A stretch of DNA of 56,002 nucleotides from a virus (lineage: Duplodnaviria; Caudoviricetes): IMG/VR virus record IMGVR_UViG_3300025128_000003, positions 1 through 56,002 of that record; one strand, given 5' to 3'. A program made the translations under genes and the position numbers. The notes beneath the pieces were generated by a model that saw nothing but the letters and a program-made list of their open reading frames with translations, made no database searches and was not told the origin of the DNA. Positions 34,279 through 43,830 of the stretch are shown here, in pieces (within the stretch, counting starts at the first letter, position 1; each line of letters opens with the position of its first letter).

Positions 34279-34698
34279 ATGTTTACAGATTTTATTTTTA
34301 ATCACAGTATAGGTTTAAACAAGTTAATGGAAGACTTAGAAGCCATGAACTATGGCGCTCGTAAAGGTCAAACATTTCCTCCACATCGTATTACAAAAGA
34401 AGGAAATAAATATTATTTACAGATGACTGTAGCTGGCTATGAAAAAAAAGATATTAAAGTAGAGCTTAAAGATTCTGAAACTTTATCTATATCTTCAGAT
34501 GGCTCGTCATTTAAAAATATTGGTGACAATGCTGAAGAACTTTATGACGGTATAGCAGCAAGAGGATTTTCAAAAGAATTTAAACTATCTCCCTATATGG
34601 AAGTTACAAATGTAACACTAGAGAACGGCATTCTTGAAGTGCAACTAGCGTATGAGCTACCAGAAGAAAAGAAATCAAAACTTCTAACAATTAACTAG
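34279..34698 (+). CDS. Small heat-shock protein (Hsp20/IbpA family)
   Basis: FPPH.I, VAGY...DI.V, GIAARGF...F.L, LENGIL.V.L....PEEKK. Confidence 0.93.
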   Translation: MFTDFIFNHSIGLNKLMEDLEAMNYGARKGQTFPPHRITKEGNKYYLQMTVAGYEKKDIKVELKDSETLSISSDGSSFKNIGDNAEELYDGIAARGFSKEFKLSPYMEVTNVTLENGILEVQLAYELPEEKKSKLLTIN

Positions 34699-34707
34699 AA
34701 AGGAAAG

Positions 34708-34731
34708 GGGGAGGGCAGAAATGTTCTCCCC
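34708..34731 (+). terminator. GNRA hairpin after hsp20 (terminator/stabiliser)
   Basis: GGGGAGGGCA-GAAA-TGTTCTCCCC; weak U-tract. Confidence 0.5.
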
Positions 34732-34737
34732 ACTCTG

Positions 34738-34878
34738 ATGTCTAAAGATATAAATAAAAAAGTTTTAGAAACCTATCCAACAAAAAAGAAAACTAGTGTA
34801 GGTAAATCACCGCTCTCTAGACCAACTAATAAATCTAAACGAAGAGCATGGAAAAAATATAAAGGACAAGGAAAGTGA
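34738..34878 (+). CDS. 46-aa basic peptide ending KKYKGQGK
   Basis: Manual translation MSKDINKKVLETYPTKKKTSVGKSPLSRPTNKSKRRAWKKYKGQGK; GTGA overlap with the next gene. Confidence 0.65.
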   Translation: MSKDINKKVLETYPTKKKTSVGKSPLSRPTNKSKRRAWKKYKGQGK

Positions 34879-35318
34879 CAAAGAGATTTCTTAAACTAGA
34901 TAAAGAAGTGTTTGATATTTTCTGGCCTGACCTAAGTATACTATTTAATAAGGTAATAGCAGAGCAAGGCTCTGGTCGAGATAGTCTTGAACTTCTCTAT
35001 ACTAAACTTAAAAATGATTTATTAGAAGTTTGGATTTATAAAAGTGAAAATGGTATACAAGCAGCTTACTGTACAGCTATTACAGACTACCCAGAAAAGA
35101 GAAGTTTATTCTGGGGTTATATGAGTGCTATAGATAACAACATGGGTGAGTGGAAAGAGCCGATGATTGCTGCGCTGAAACATTATGCATTGCATAACAA
35201 TTGTGATTGTGTAGAATTTTTCTCAACAAGAACTGGATGGAATAAAATCTTTGAAGATGCTGGTGCTGTTGTAGAAAATATAGGTACAATTTATGAGGTA
35301 ACTTTAGATGACAAATAA
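34875..35318 (+). CDS. Putative GNAT-fold acyltransferase-like protein
   Basis: T.ITDYP...L, A...NC..VE...R.GW.K pattern. Confidence 0.45.
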   Translation: MTKRFLKLDKEVFDIFWPDLSILFNKVIAEQGSGRDSLELLYTKLKNDLLEVWIYKSENGIQAAYCTAITDYPEKRSLFWGYMSAIDNNMGEWKEPMIAALKHYALHNNCDCVEFFSTRTGWNKIFEDAGAVVENIGTIYEVTLDDK

Positions 35319-36099
35319 TATACCTACTATTTATATTGGGTATGATAGTAAAGAAGAAGTTGCATATAAGGTATTACAAGAATCAATTTTAGATCATACT
35401 ACTGCGCCTGTAAATATTATACCTCTACAACAGGGAAGACTAAGAGATATTAATTTTTATAGACGAACACACTTTGTAAAAGATAATATTAAATATGATT
35501 CTTTAGATAAAAAACCTTTCTCTACAGATTTTAGTTTTACAAGATTCCTTGTACCATTTTTACAAATGCATAGAGGTCTTGCACTTTTTATGGACTGTGA
35601 TATGTTGGTGAGATCAGATATTATGGAGGTGTTTGAAATCCCCCAACGATCAAAACAAAAAGCTATCTGGTGTGTTAAACATGATTACAGTCCTACGGTA
35701 GCCCTAAAGATGGACGGACAAATACAAACACACTATAGCAGAAAGAACTGGTCTTCTTTTGTACTGTGGAACTGCAGTCATGAAAGACATAAAAATTTTA
35801 CAATTGATGATGTTAATTTAAAGAATGGATGGTATCTTCATAACTTTCAATGGCTAGAAAATAGTGACATAGGTGATCTACCTGCAGCATGGAATTGGTT
35901 AGATGGTTATTCTAATGATGCAATTGAAGCAAAGAATGTACACTTTACTACAGGTGGTCCTTGGTTTAAAGATTGGAAACCTAGCAAACGATCTGATGCT
36001 AAATACGCATTAGAATGGGAGACTCTTCATGATGCTATCGTATTAGAAGAATCTCTTGGAAAGGAAAAACAAATTAAATGGGAAAAAACATATGTTTAA
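35308..36099 (+). CDS. Glycosyltransferase (GT-A, GT8-like)
   Basis: IYIGYD, STDFSFTRFLVP, FMDCD (DxD), RKNWSS, HFTTGGPW. Confidence 0.85.
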   Translation: MTNNIPTIYIGYDSKEEVAYKVLQESILDHTTAPVNIIPLQQGRLRDINFYRRTHFVKDNIKYDSLDKKPFSTDFSFTRFLVPFLQMHRGLALFMDCDMLVRSDIMEVFEIPQRSKQKAIWCVKHDYSPTVALKMDGQIQTHYSRKNWSSFVLWNCSHERHKNFTIDDVNLKNGWYLHNFQWLENSDIGDLPAAWNWLDGYSNDAIEAKNVHFTTGGPWFKDWKPSKRSDAKYALEWETLHDAIVLEESLGKEKQIKWEKTYV

Positions 36100-38389
36100 A
36101 AATGTAACAGTAGTAACTTCCTTTTCAGAGGATGGCTGGGATACCTATGCAAAAGAGATGATATGGTCTATTGCAGAAAACTGGGAACCAGAGATTAAAG
36201 TTGTAGCTTATTATCATGACTTTGATATTACAACAAAAGACCTACCAGAGTGCAGACATATTGAATATCGAAACCTTAATGATCTAAGTGAACTGATTGA
36301 ATTTAGAGAAAGGTTTAAAGAGTATGATGGTACAATGGGTGGTAAGTCCCAATATACTTTTAGATTAGACGCTATTAAGTTTTGTCACAAAGTCTTTGCT
36401 ATTACAGACTGTGCCTTTGGTCTTTGCGAAACAGTTGAGAAGCCGGGATGGCTTGTGTGGCTAGACGCAGACACAGTAGCAGTTAGACCTCTTAGTAGAT
36501 ATAATCTTTTACAAAGCCTACCGAAAGGTAGTGATCTTGTACACTTAGGTAGAAAGAACTTTACTTATAGTGAGACTTCTTTTATTGGGCTTAATCTAGA
36601 AAGCCAACCACCTATAGATTTTCTAGGTGATTTTCTGGGGGCATATCTTTCAGGCGAACTGCTGCACTACAGAGAGTGGCATGATGGTTTTATCTTTGAA
36701 CGACTACTAACAATCTACAAAGCACATGGTCTAAAGTTTCATGATTGGACAGGTGATCTAGATATTAAGAGTATGACGGAAGGTAAACAAGCCTTTGAAT
36801 TATTTCCACTGGGTTCTTATGTTAAGCACAAGAAGGGTAAAAAGAAAGATAAAACATATGAAGTAGCTCCTGATGTAACAGGTCCAGCCAGATATAAACA
36901 ACTTAATAAAATGGTTGATACCTACAAACCTAACACAATTGTAGAAACAGGAACTTGGAATGGTGGTAGGGCTATTGAAATGGCTATGTCAGCATTCCTG
37001 CATGTTGATGAAGTAACCTATACAGGATATGATTTATTTGAGGATGCTACAGAAGAGCTTGATAAAGAAGAGCTTAACAGTAAAGCACACAACAGCATTG
37101 AAGCAGTGACTGCTAGGCTAGATGAGTTTACTGAAGCTATGAAAAGCCAAGGTAAAACTTTTAACTTTACTCTTATCAAGGGTGACACAAAAGAAACTCT
37201 TAAAAATACAAAAGCAGACTTTGCTTATATTGATGGAGGACACTCTGAAGATACAGTAAACCATGACTACGAGATGCTAAAGGAATGTGACGTAATTGTA
37301 TTTGATGACTATGTAACTAAAGATGAGAACGGCAACGATCCCGGCGAAGAGTTCTATGGTGTAAATAAAATTATTGAAAAGTTTGAAGGTCGTAAAAAAA
37401 TCCTACCATCAAAAGACAGGATTGTAGAGGGTGGTATCACACACCTAGCTGTCGTTATCAATAATGATAACATACCAGACATACCAGAAAACTTTGACGC
37501 TATACCAATTGTTATCCAACCAAGAGATTGTATGCCTAAAGAAGATATACAGAACAATGTTAAAGAGAATACTAAGCTTATTAATAAATGGATTGGAAGA
37601 GCATCACCTAATGACGAGGTAGCTGTTCTAATATCAGGTGGGGATAGCACTGATTGGGATAAGGTAAGGTCTATTATTGATATGGAGGGACCGCTACGCA
37701 CTAAGGTAGTATGCGTTAAACATTCTTATCCTACTCTACTTAAACAAAAGATTCAGCCTTGGGCCTGTGTTATCCTTGATCCAAGACCCATTGAAGGACT
37801 AAGTACACATGGAGTAGTTCGTAAAGATTTGTTTAAAGACATTGATCCACAAACTATCTTTATGCCAGCATCTATGACTGATCCTTCTATTGTTAAGCTA
37901 ATTAAAGAAAAGACAAATAACATTATTGGATGGCATGCATTTACACAATCACTACAAGAGAATCAAAAAGATCAGCTAGTTAATAATGCTGTTAAAGTTA
38001 ATGAAGAGCTAGGTATACAAGAAGGTGCTACTATGATTACAGGTGGAACCTGTGCAGCTATGAGGTCAATAGGTATCATGCACACTCTTGGCTTTAGAAA
38101 GTTTCATTTATTTGGATATGATTGCTCTATGCCAGAGCCACCAGATGAAGATAAAGATCAAAAGATGGAAGATGGAAAACCAAAGTATCTAAAGGTTGGT
38201 GTTAAAGAGCAAGAGTTCTGGACAACTGGAGAGCTTATTGCGATGGCACAGGACTGTGAAAAACTATTTTCAAAAGAAGATGTTGATATGAAGATTAATT
38301 TTCATGGAGAAAATACTTTGGTAGCTGCATGCTGGGAGCTATCACCAGTACATCAATTAAAACACTATCACCAAGTACTAGACTTATAG
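36092..38389 (+). CDS. Three-domain fusion: glycosyltransferase + class I SAM methyltransferase + DUF115/Maf-like domain
   Basis: KFCHKV..WLDAD..EWHD (GT); IVETGTWNGG, GYDLF, IDGGH, VFDD (MTase); ISGG.S, GGTCAAMR....LGFRKFHLFGYD (DUF115/MptE-like). Confidence 0.75.
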   Translation: MFKNVTVVTSFSEDGWDTYAKEMIWSIAENWEPEIKVVAYYHDFDITTKDLPECRHIEYRNLNDLSELIEFRERFKEYDGTMGGKSQYTFRLDAIKFCHKVFAITDCAFGLCETVEKPGWLVWLDADTVAVRPLSRYNLLQSLPKGSDLVHLGRKNFTYSETSFIGLNLESQPPIDFLGDFLGAYLSGELLHYREWHDGFIFERLLTIYKAHGLKFHDWTGDLDIKSMTEGKQAFELFPLGSYVKHKKGKKKDKTYEVAPDVTGPARYKQLNKMVDTYKPNTIVETGTWNGGRAIEMAMSAFLHVDEVTYTGYDLFEDATEELDKEELNSKAHNSIEAVTARLDEFTEAMKSQGKTFNFTLIKGDTKETLKNTKADFAYIDGGHSEDTVNHDYEMLKECDVIVFDDYVTKDENGNDPGEEFYGVNKIIEKFEGRKKILPSKDRIVEGGITHLAVVINNDNIPDIPENFDAIPIVIQPRDCMPKEDIQNNVKENTKLINKWIGRASPNDEVAVLISGGDSTDWDKVRSIIDMEGPLRTKVVCVKHSYPTLLKQKIQPWACVILDPRPIEGLSTHGVVRKDLFKDIDPQTIFMPASMTDPSIVKLIKEKTNNIIGWHAFTQSLQENQKDQLVNNAVKVNEELGIQEGATMITGGTCAAMRSIGIMHTLGFRKFHLFGYDCSMPEPPDEDKDQKMEDGKPKYLKVGVKEQEFWTTGELIAMAQDCEKLFSKEDVDMKINFHGENTLVAACWELSPVHQLKHYHQVLDL

Positions 38390-38398
38390 GAGGATACA

Positions 38399-38803
38399 AT
38401 GCTAGGAATTGCAGAATCAGTTATCGGCGTTGCGGGTAAAGTCTTAGATAAATTTGTAGAAGACAAAGATTTAAAAACTAAACTTAACGCAGAGCTTCAA
38501 TCACAATTAATTAATCTAGATACTCTTCAAGCACAAACAAATCTAGAACAAGCCAAACATGATTCTATTTTCGTTGCGGGAGCTAGACCTGCTATCATGT
38601 GGATATGTGCCTTTGCTTTGGCATGGCAGTATATCCTAGCACCAATGGCATCATGGGGTTTGGCTATATGGTATCCTGTAGTTACACTTCCAGAGCTAGG
38701 CACTGAAGAGCTTACGGGGCTTGTTATGGCATTACTCGGATTGGGGGCAGCCCGTTCATACGAGAAGGCTAAAGGTGTAGCTAGAAACAATATGTCTAGA
38801 TGA
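38399..38803 (+). CDS. Holin (GTA-type 3TM holin family)
   Basis: LDKFVEDKD, S.FVAG.RPAI.W.C, LLGLG..RS.EK.KG. Confidence 0.85.
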   Translation: MLGIAESVIGVAGKVLDKFVEDKDLKTKLNAELQSQLINLDTLQAQTNLEQAKHDSIFVAGARPAIMWICAFALAWQYILAPMASWGLAIWYPVVTLPELGTEELTGLVMALLGLGAARSYEKAKGVARNNMSR

Positions 38804-38813
38804 ATAATGTAAT

Positions 38814-39062
38814 ATGATAACTAAAGTTACACCAACACACACTAAAGATTGGTACATTAAATGGGTAGCATCCCTCTTCGTTGTAATAGGAGTGCTACTC
38901 TCTGCTAATAACATATACCCATATAATTTAATGTTTCATTTTATAGGATTAACTGGCTGGCTTGTTGTATCTATGATATGGAATGACAGGGCATTGCTTA
39001 TGATTAACTCTGTATCATTAGCTATTTTAGCAAACGGGATTATACAATATTATGTTAAATGA
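38814..39062 (+). CDS. Small multi-TM membrane protein
   Basis: WYIKW.AS, YPYN, GW..V...WNDRAL...N. Confidence 0.7.
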   Translation: MITKVTPTHTKDWYIKWVASLFVVIGVLLSANNIYPYNLMFHFIGLTGWLVVSMIWNDRALLMINSVSLAILANGIIQYYVK

Positions 39063-39459
39063 AAAACAAGAAAAATTTGCACAAGCATATGTACTTAATC
39101 ACAATGCTACAGATGCAGCAAAGACAGCAGGGTACTCTGATAGGTCAGCATATAACCAAGGTTATAGACTGCTCCAAGAAGAAGCTGTTAAAGAAAGAAT
39201 TGAAGAGTTATCAAGAGAACTGAGGACAACAGTAGATGTTGTATCAGAGATTGAAAAGCAATATGAGTTTGCTAAAGGACAAGGCCATGTCAACAGTGCT
39301 ATTAAAGCTCTTGAGCTATTATCAAGAGTTAGAGGCAACACTGCTGATACAGGTAAGAGTGTAGGTAAAGACGAACTTGTAACAATGATAGTAGGATGCT
39401 TACAAGTTTTAGGTAAGGAAGAGGTTGATAAGATTATGGCTAAGTGTACCTTTGACTAA
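39052..39459 (+). CDS. terS: Terminase small subunit
   Basis: LNEKQEKFAQAY...NAT.AA..AGYS..SA...G.RLL, ALELL motifs. Confidence 0.85.
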   Translation: MLNEKQEKFAQAYVLNHNATDAAKTAGYSDRSAYNQGYRLLQEEAVKERIEELSRELRTTVDVVSEIEKQYEFAKGQGHVNSAIKALELLSRVRGNTADTGKSVGKDELVTMIVGCLQVLGKEEVDKIMAKCTFD

Positions 39460-39531
39460 GGTGGTTTAGCCTTGAGAGAAATCATTTTTGAGAAAAAGAA
39501 CTGCGTAGTTTCTATAAGCTCATAAATAATT

Positions 39532-39879
39532 TTATTTCTCCTTTTCTACAGGGGGATGTTTTCCGTTGTGCATGTGAGCTAATTTAGACACTTCGTCTTT
39601 TAATTGTTTTATCTCAGCAGCAACAGTACCTTTTCTTTTATTTTCTATAGCTAAATTATTTGGACTAAGTATGTCAGATAAAACTCCAATTTGTTGACGA
39701 AGAACTGAAACATTTTGTTCGGCTGTATCTAACTCTCTATTTAATTCATCTATATGTTTTTTAATTTCTTCTTGACCAGATTTTAGAGTAGCAACCTGTG
39801 AACGTACCAAGGCCCATGCTCCTGATAAAGAAGCTATGACAGCACCAAGTTGAAACAACATTCTAACATCTAGTTCCAT
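39532..39879 (-). CDS. N-terminal TM + coiled-coil protein (lysis-associated?)
   Basis: Hydrophobic N-terminus, heptads; coupled to the endolysin. Confidence 0.6.
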   Translation of the reverse strand: MELDVRMLFQLGAVIASLSGAWALVRSQVATLKSGQEEIKKHIDELNRELDTAEQNVSVLRQQIGVLSDILSPNNLAIENKRKGTVAAEIKQLKDEVSKLAHMHNGKHPPVEKEK

Positions 39880-40262
39880 TACTTATAGCTCCATACCCAA
39901 GGTCTACTATTAGATTCTTGATTAGACAAATCGTCAATATGTATAAATCTTGAATCATGGTTTCCTCGTTGAGCAACACCAATACCTGTCATACCATGTT
40001 TGAAAGCTAATTGTATTATATCATAAGCAAGTTTACCCATACACTGTATGTCTACCGCTCTTCCTTGTGTATGTGAAGAGTTAGGAGCGCCACCTATAGC
40101 ACTGTTATGAGCCGGGTGACGATAAGCAGATGTTATAATAAGAGGTCTGCCAATCTCTTCCCTTAAATTATCTAACTTATGCATGAAGTTATCATCCATT
40201 CCATACTCACCTGTTCCCTTACAAACAAGTTCGTCATGAGTAAAGTATTTCCAATTAGACAT
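39879..40262 (-). CDS. Peptidase M15 (D-Ala-D-Ala carboxypeptidase-type) endolysin
   Basis: YF...EL.C, ITSAYR...HN, S.H..G.AVDI, FIHID; likely start MSNWKYF. Confidence 0.88.
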   Translation of the reverse strand: MSNWKYFTHDELVCKGTGEYGMDDNFMHKLDNLREEIGRPLIITSAYRHPAHNSAIGGAPNSSHTQGRAVDIQCMGKLAYDIIQLAFKHGMTGIGVAQRGNHDSRFIHIDDLSNQESNSRPWVWSYK

Positions 40263-40263
40263 T

Positions 40264-43200
40264 TTATTCCTCTCTAATAGCAGTGCCATATAGCTGTTGG
40301 TAAACTCTATTTATATCTTCAATAGGTAGAGGCGCACCAGTAACAAACCTTACTCTACCTCCTAAAGTTTCACTGATACCATCTGGAATAAACATATTAG
40401 CATCAGCAGCATTAATAAGTCTTTCTGCACCAGATGGTAAGTCTCTACTAAATTGTTGTGTTAAACCTCTATTAAGTCCAGTCCTAAAATCTTCTTGCAG
40501 AATGTCTCCATAAGCATCTAGCGTAGACTGTAACTTTCTAAACTTTGAAAGCTTTTGTTGTTGTCCTTTTACATAAGCATCATATACTTGATCAGGAGTT
40601 TGAGCTTCATAAGAACTAAGGCTTTGATTTACATATCTACTAGAATTTTGAATGTCCTGTACAACAGGAAGAATATTCCTTCTCATACCTTGAGTAAGAT
40701 CAAGTCTAGATTTTCTTAATCCAAAAAATTCTTCAAGACCATCATATCCCGTAACACCTGCAGCACCAGATACTAGCCCACCAGTAGGTGTGGAGTATCC
40801 ATATTTAGAAACTTCAGTTCCAGTTGGATCAGATAAAAATGAGTTAAGTGTAATCCCTTCTTCACCTAATTCTTTAGCTTTAGCTTGTTGAAAAGCAAGT
40901 CTATTTCTTAAAAATTTAACAAAGCCCGGTTCAAATAATTCTGCTGATCCTATAGCTATATTTTTAAAAGTATCTCCTATTTCTGTAGGAGTTTCAAAAT
41001 CTTGACCTCCACCTAGAGCATCTAAAAATCCTTCTGTAATCATAGATGTTCCTAAAAATGGACCAAGCATTTGATCAGATAATTGCAATGTTAATTTAGC
41101 CGCATCATCTGTTGTAAACTCTTGACCATCAGAATATAGTTTATCTACAGCCCTATGCAATGTTCTGCCACCTATCTTTAAATATTCAAAAGGATCAAGA
41201 GGACCAAGATCAACATAGTCAACTACAGTATTACCTCCTGCTAGTTTAAATGGACTTAAAAATATTTTAGCTGAGTGGGCTGAGTAGCTAGGAACAAGAT
41301 CATTAATAGCATTCTTTTGATCATCTGATATACCAAAGAGGGATTGGCTATAGTCCGCTGCCATATCACCACCTATTCCAGCAACAGTTATGCCACCAAG
41401 TCTTTTCATTCCTTCAGCAACTAATCTAGGATTATTAGAGGCTAAATCTTGCATAGTATATTTTACTAGATTTTTAGTAACTCGCATCATCTCTGCAGGA
41501 AAAGCTAAGAAGTCACCAACAGGCGCACCTCTAAGTTTTTTAAATCCTCTAGGAACAAGATTATAGTTAGGCATTAAGTCTCTTGTTCTTTGTGCAGCAA
41601 GCCTATCTAATTCATCAGCACTAATATCAGGCAAAGCTTTCTTTAAATAATTTTTAGTTTTTTCAAAATGAATAACTTTAAAATAATCATCTTCTGCTTG
41701 GTATAATTTGAATAGTTTATCGCCACCAGTTCTGTTTAAAATCTTTTGACCTAAACCATTTGGCTGTAGTTTAAACGCATCACTAGCCACCTGTCTAATA
41801 ATATTAGCAGTAACACCACTATCTATAATTCCAAGTTCTTGATATTTAGCTACATTATCAGCTAACTCTTTTGAACTAACATTTTTAAATTTAGAACCTA
41901 CTGCATCTGCAGCTTCTTTAAAACCTTTACCACCAGAGACCATGCCATTCGCAGCCATAAGTACTGTGTTACCCATCATATTTCTAAAATGTGTAGCTGG
42001 ATTACCAACAGTCTTTGACAATTGTGAAATAGATTTACCTTTTAAAAATGTTCTAACTACACTATTAGGATTAGCTCCAAAGAATCCATCTTGATCAAGA
42101 GCATCTTTAACTATTTTTTGATAATTTTTATTTGCATATAATCCTTCTAATGGATTTTTAAATGCTCCACTATTTACACCTGAAACAATACGAGATAATC
42201 TTTCTTCACCAGCTTCACCTAATGATTTAAGTCCGGCCTCTGGTTCAGGAGAAACAACTCGCCTTCCTATTCCTTGCACACCTGCTCTTGCTAAATCATT
42301 AGCATCAAGATGCCTTCTAATACCATCAAGATATTCATACTCTGCTTTAAATACAGAAAGTTTTTCTAATGTATTTTGAAAGTTTTTAAATGGGTCTTTT
42401 ACTTCACCCCATAGTTCTCTAATTTCAGGAGGAATATCTTTACGTTTTCTTGTAGACTTACTTGTACTACCTGTGCTTTCTCTCATTTTATCTAAAAATT
42501 TAAACACACCTTCTGCTTCTGAGCCACCTCTACCAGCAACCAAATCTTTTAAAACAGCACCAATATTTTCTTCTGGAATGCCTTCAACATTTCTTAAATA
42601 AGCAGCAGCACTTTGTTTTATATTATCTGGTATATCTTCAAACTTATAATTAGGATCATCAAAAGCTCTATATGATCTATTTAAATATGTTCCTATATTT
42701 TTATCTATTTTAATTTGTAGTTCACTACCATCTTTTAAAAAATTATCTTTTATAAAAGCAGACAACTTATCAATTTCATTTCTCATTTCATCTACAGTAT
42801 TAGAAGCAAATGTAGAGTCTGCTCTTAATGTAGCCTTTGCAGTTTCGTCGCCAGCTAAAGCTTTATTGACTACATTTTCTAAATAGTCAGTATTATACAA
42901 ATTTTTGTCTTTTAATTCCTTTTCTAAAGGTTCATTAAATCCTCTTATCTTTGTAAATGTTGCGTTTGCAGCACCATCTTTTTTAACCGCAAGCTCAAGC
43001 ATAGTTTCATCTGTACCACCAGTTGCAGTTAAATATCTACTAAAAGGTACAATTTCATTTATTTTAGGACTAACACTTTTAGTAAGTGATTTTAAAATTT
43101 TAGCACCGCCAACAATTGTGCCTCCAAGAATACCCTCTAATGCTAAGTTATTAACAAGCTGATCAATAAATTGTTGTTCTTCTGGATCATCAAGATCAAT

Positions 43201-43824
43201 AGTACGACTTCTAATTTTATCTAAGTATTCTTTTGGTAAAAGTTCATTGTCAACAAGAATATTAGCTATGTTATCTTCTGGTCTTTCATAAGCTGAATAA
43301 GTAAGATTAGCTGTACCAGCACCTGCAACATTTCTACCAATTTTTCCTAGTCCTCCTAACTTGCCTAGTTTAGCAGCACCTGCATAGGGAATAAGATATG
43401 ATCCAATCTCCGCACCTATATTACGGATATCACCTGTTAAGCCCTCTCCATGATAAGGATCAAATGTTTCTTGAAAAGTTCTTTTAACTTCATTAGGTAT
43501 ATTTGCACCAATGTCATCAGCAAAGTTACCTATAGTACTAGATACTGACTCTGGCAAGATCATATCACCAAGCTCAACAACACCTGTAGCTGCTCTACCT
43601 AAAGCAGATGTAAACATGGCTACAGGTGCAGGACCAAATCCTTCTGTTGGATCAACTTCACCTTTTTCATACTTATCAAAAAATGAATCGTATTCTTTAT
43701 AATACTCATCAGGATTAACACCGTAAGATTCTATAATACCTTCAACTTGTTCAGGTGCTACATCATCTCCAGCAATTTTATTTTTAATATCATGAAAGGT
43801 TTGAGTTCTAAAACTTATGCCCAT
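40264..43824 (-). CDS. Large internal virion (ejection) protein
   Basis: 1186 aa, last gene of the internal-protein series; YL.RSY..F, P.TH.RN, G.F..FPAE..R motifs. Confidence 0.65.
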   Translation of the reverse strand: MGISFRTQTFHDIKNKIAGDDVAPEQVEGIIESYGVNPDEYYKEYDSFFDKYEKGEVDPTEGFGPAPVAMFTSALGRAATGVVELGDMILPESVSSTIGNFADDIGANIPNEVKRTFQETFDPYHGEGLTGDIRNIGAEIGSYLIPYAGAAKLGKLGGLGKIGRNVAGAGTANLTYSAYERPEDNIANILVDNELLPKEYLDKIRSRTIDLDDPEEQQFIDQLVNNLALEGILGGTIVGGAKILKSLTKSVSPKINEIVPFSRYLTATGGTDETMLELAVKKDGAANATFTKIRGFNEPLEKELKDKNLYNTDYLENVVNKALAGDETAKATLRADSTFASNTVDEMRNEIDKLSAFIKDNFLKDGSELQIKIDKNIGTYLNRSYRAFDDPNYKFEDIPDNIKQSAAAYLRNVEGIPEENIGAVLKDLVAGRGGSEAEGVFKFLDKMRESTGSTSKSTRKRKDIPPEIRELWGEVKDPFKNFQNTLEKLSVFKAEYEYLDGIRRHLDANDLARAGVQGIGRRVVSPEPEAGLKSLGEAGEERLSRIVSGVNSGAFKNPLEGLYANKNYQKIVKDALDQDGFFGANPNSVVRTFLKGKSISQLSKTVGNPATHFRNMMGNTVLMAANGMVSGGKGFKEAADAVGSKFKNVSSKELADNVAKYQELGIIDSGVTANIIRQVASDAFKLQPNGLGQKILNRTGGDKLFKLYQAEDDYFKVIHFEKTKNYLKKALPDISADELDRLAAQRTRDLMPNYNLVPRGFKKLRGAPVGDFLAFPAEMMRVTKNLVKYTMQDLASNNPRLVAEGMKRLGGITVAGIGGDMAADYSQSLFGISDDQKNAINDLVPSYSAHSAKIFLSPFKLAGGNTVVDYVDLGPLDPFEYLKIGGRTLHRAVDKLYSDGQEFTTDDAAKLTLQLSDQMLGPFLGTSMITEGFLDALGGGQDFETPTEIGDTFKNIAIGSAELFEPGFVKFLRNRLAFQQAKAKELGEEGITLNSFLSDPTGTEVSKYGYSTPTGGLVSGAAGVTGYDGLEEFFGLRKSRLDLTQGMRRNILPVVQDIQNSSRYVNQSLSSYEAQTPDQVYDAYVKGQQQKLSKFRKLQSTLDAYGDILQEDFRTGLNRGLTQQFSRDLPSGAERLINAADANMFIPDGISETLGGRVRFVTGAPLPIEDINRVYQQLYGTAIREE

Positions 43825-43830
43825 ATATAT

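Noticed and set aside
17775-38790. Minus-strand and alternate-frame ORFs within the rightward arm (e.g. 18674..19009, 25559..26050, 28886..29116, 37354..37701)
   Set aside because: They overlap confidently assigned genes and show no independent coding signals
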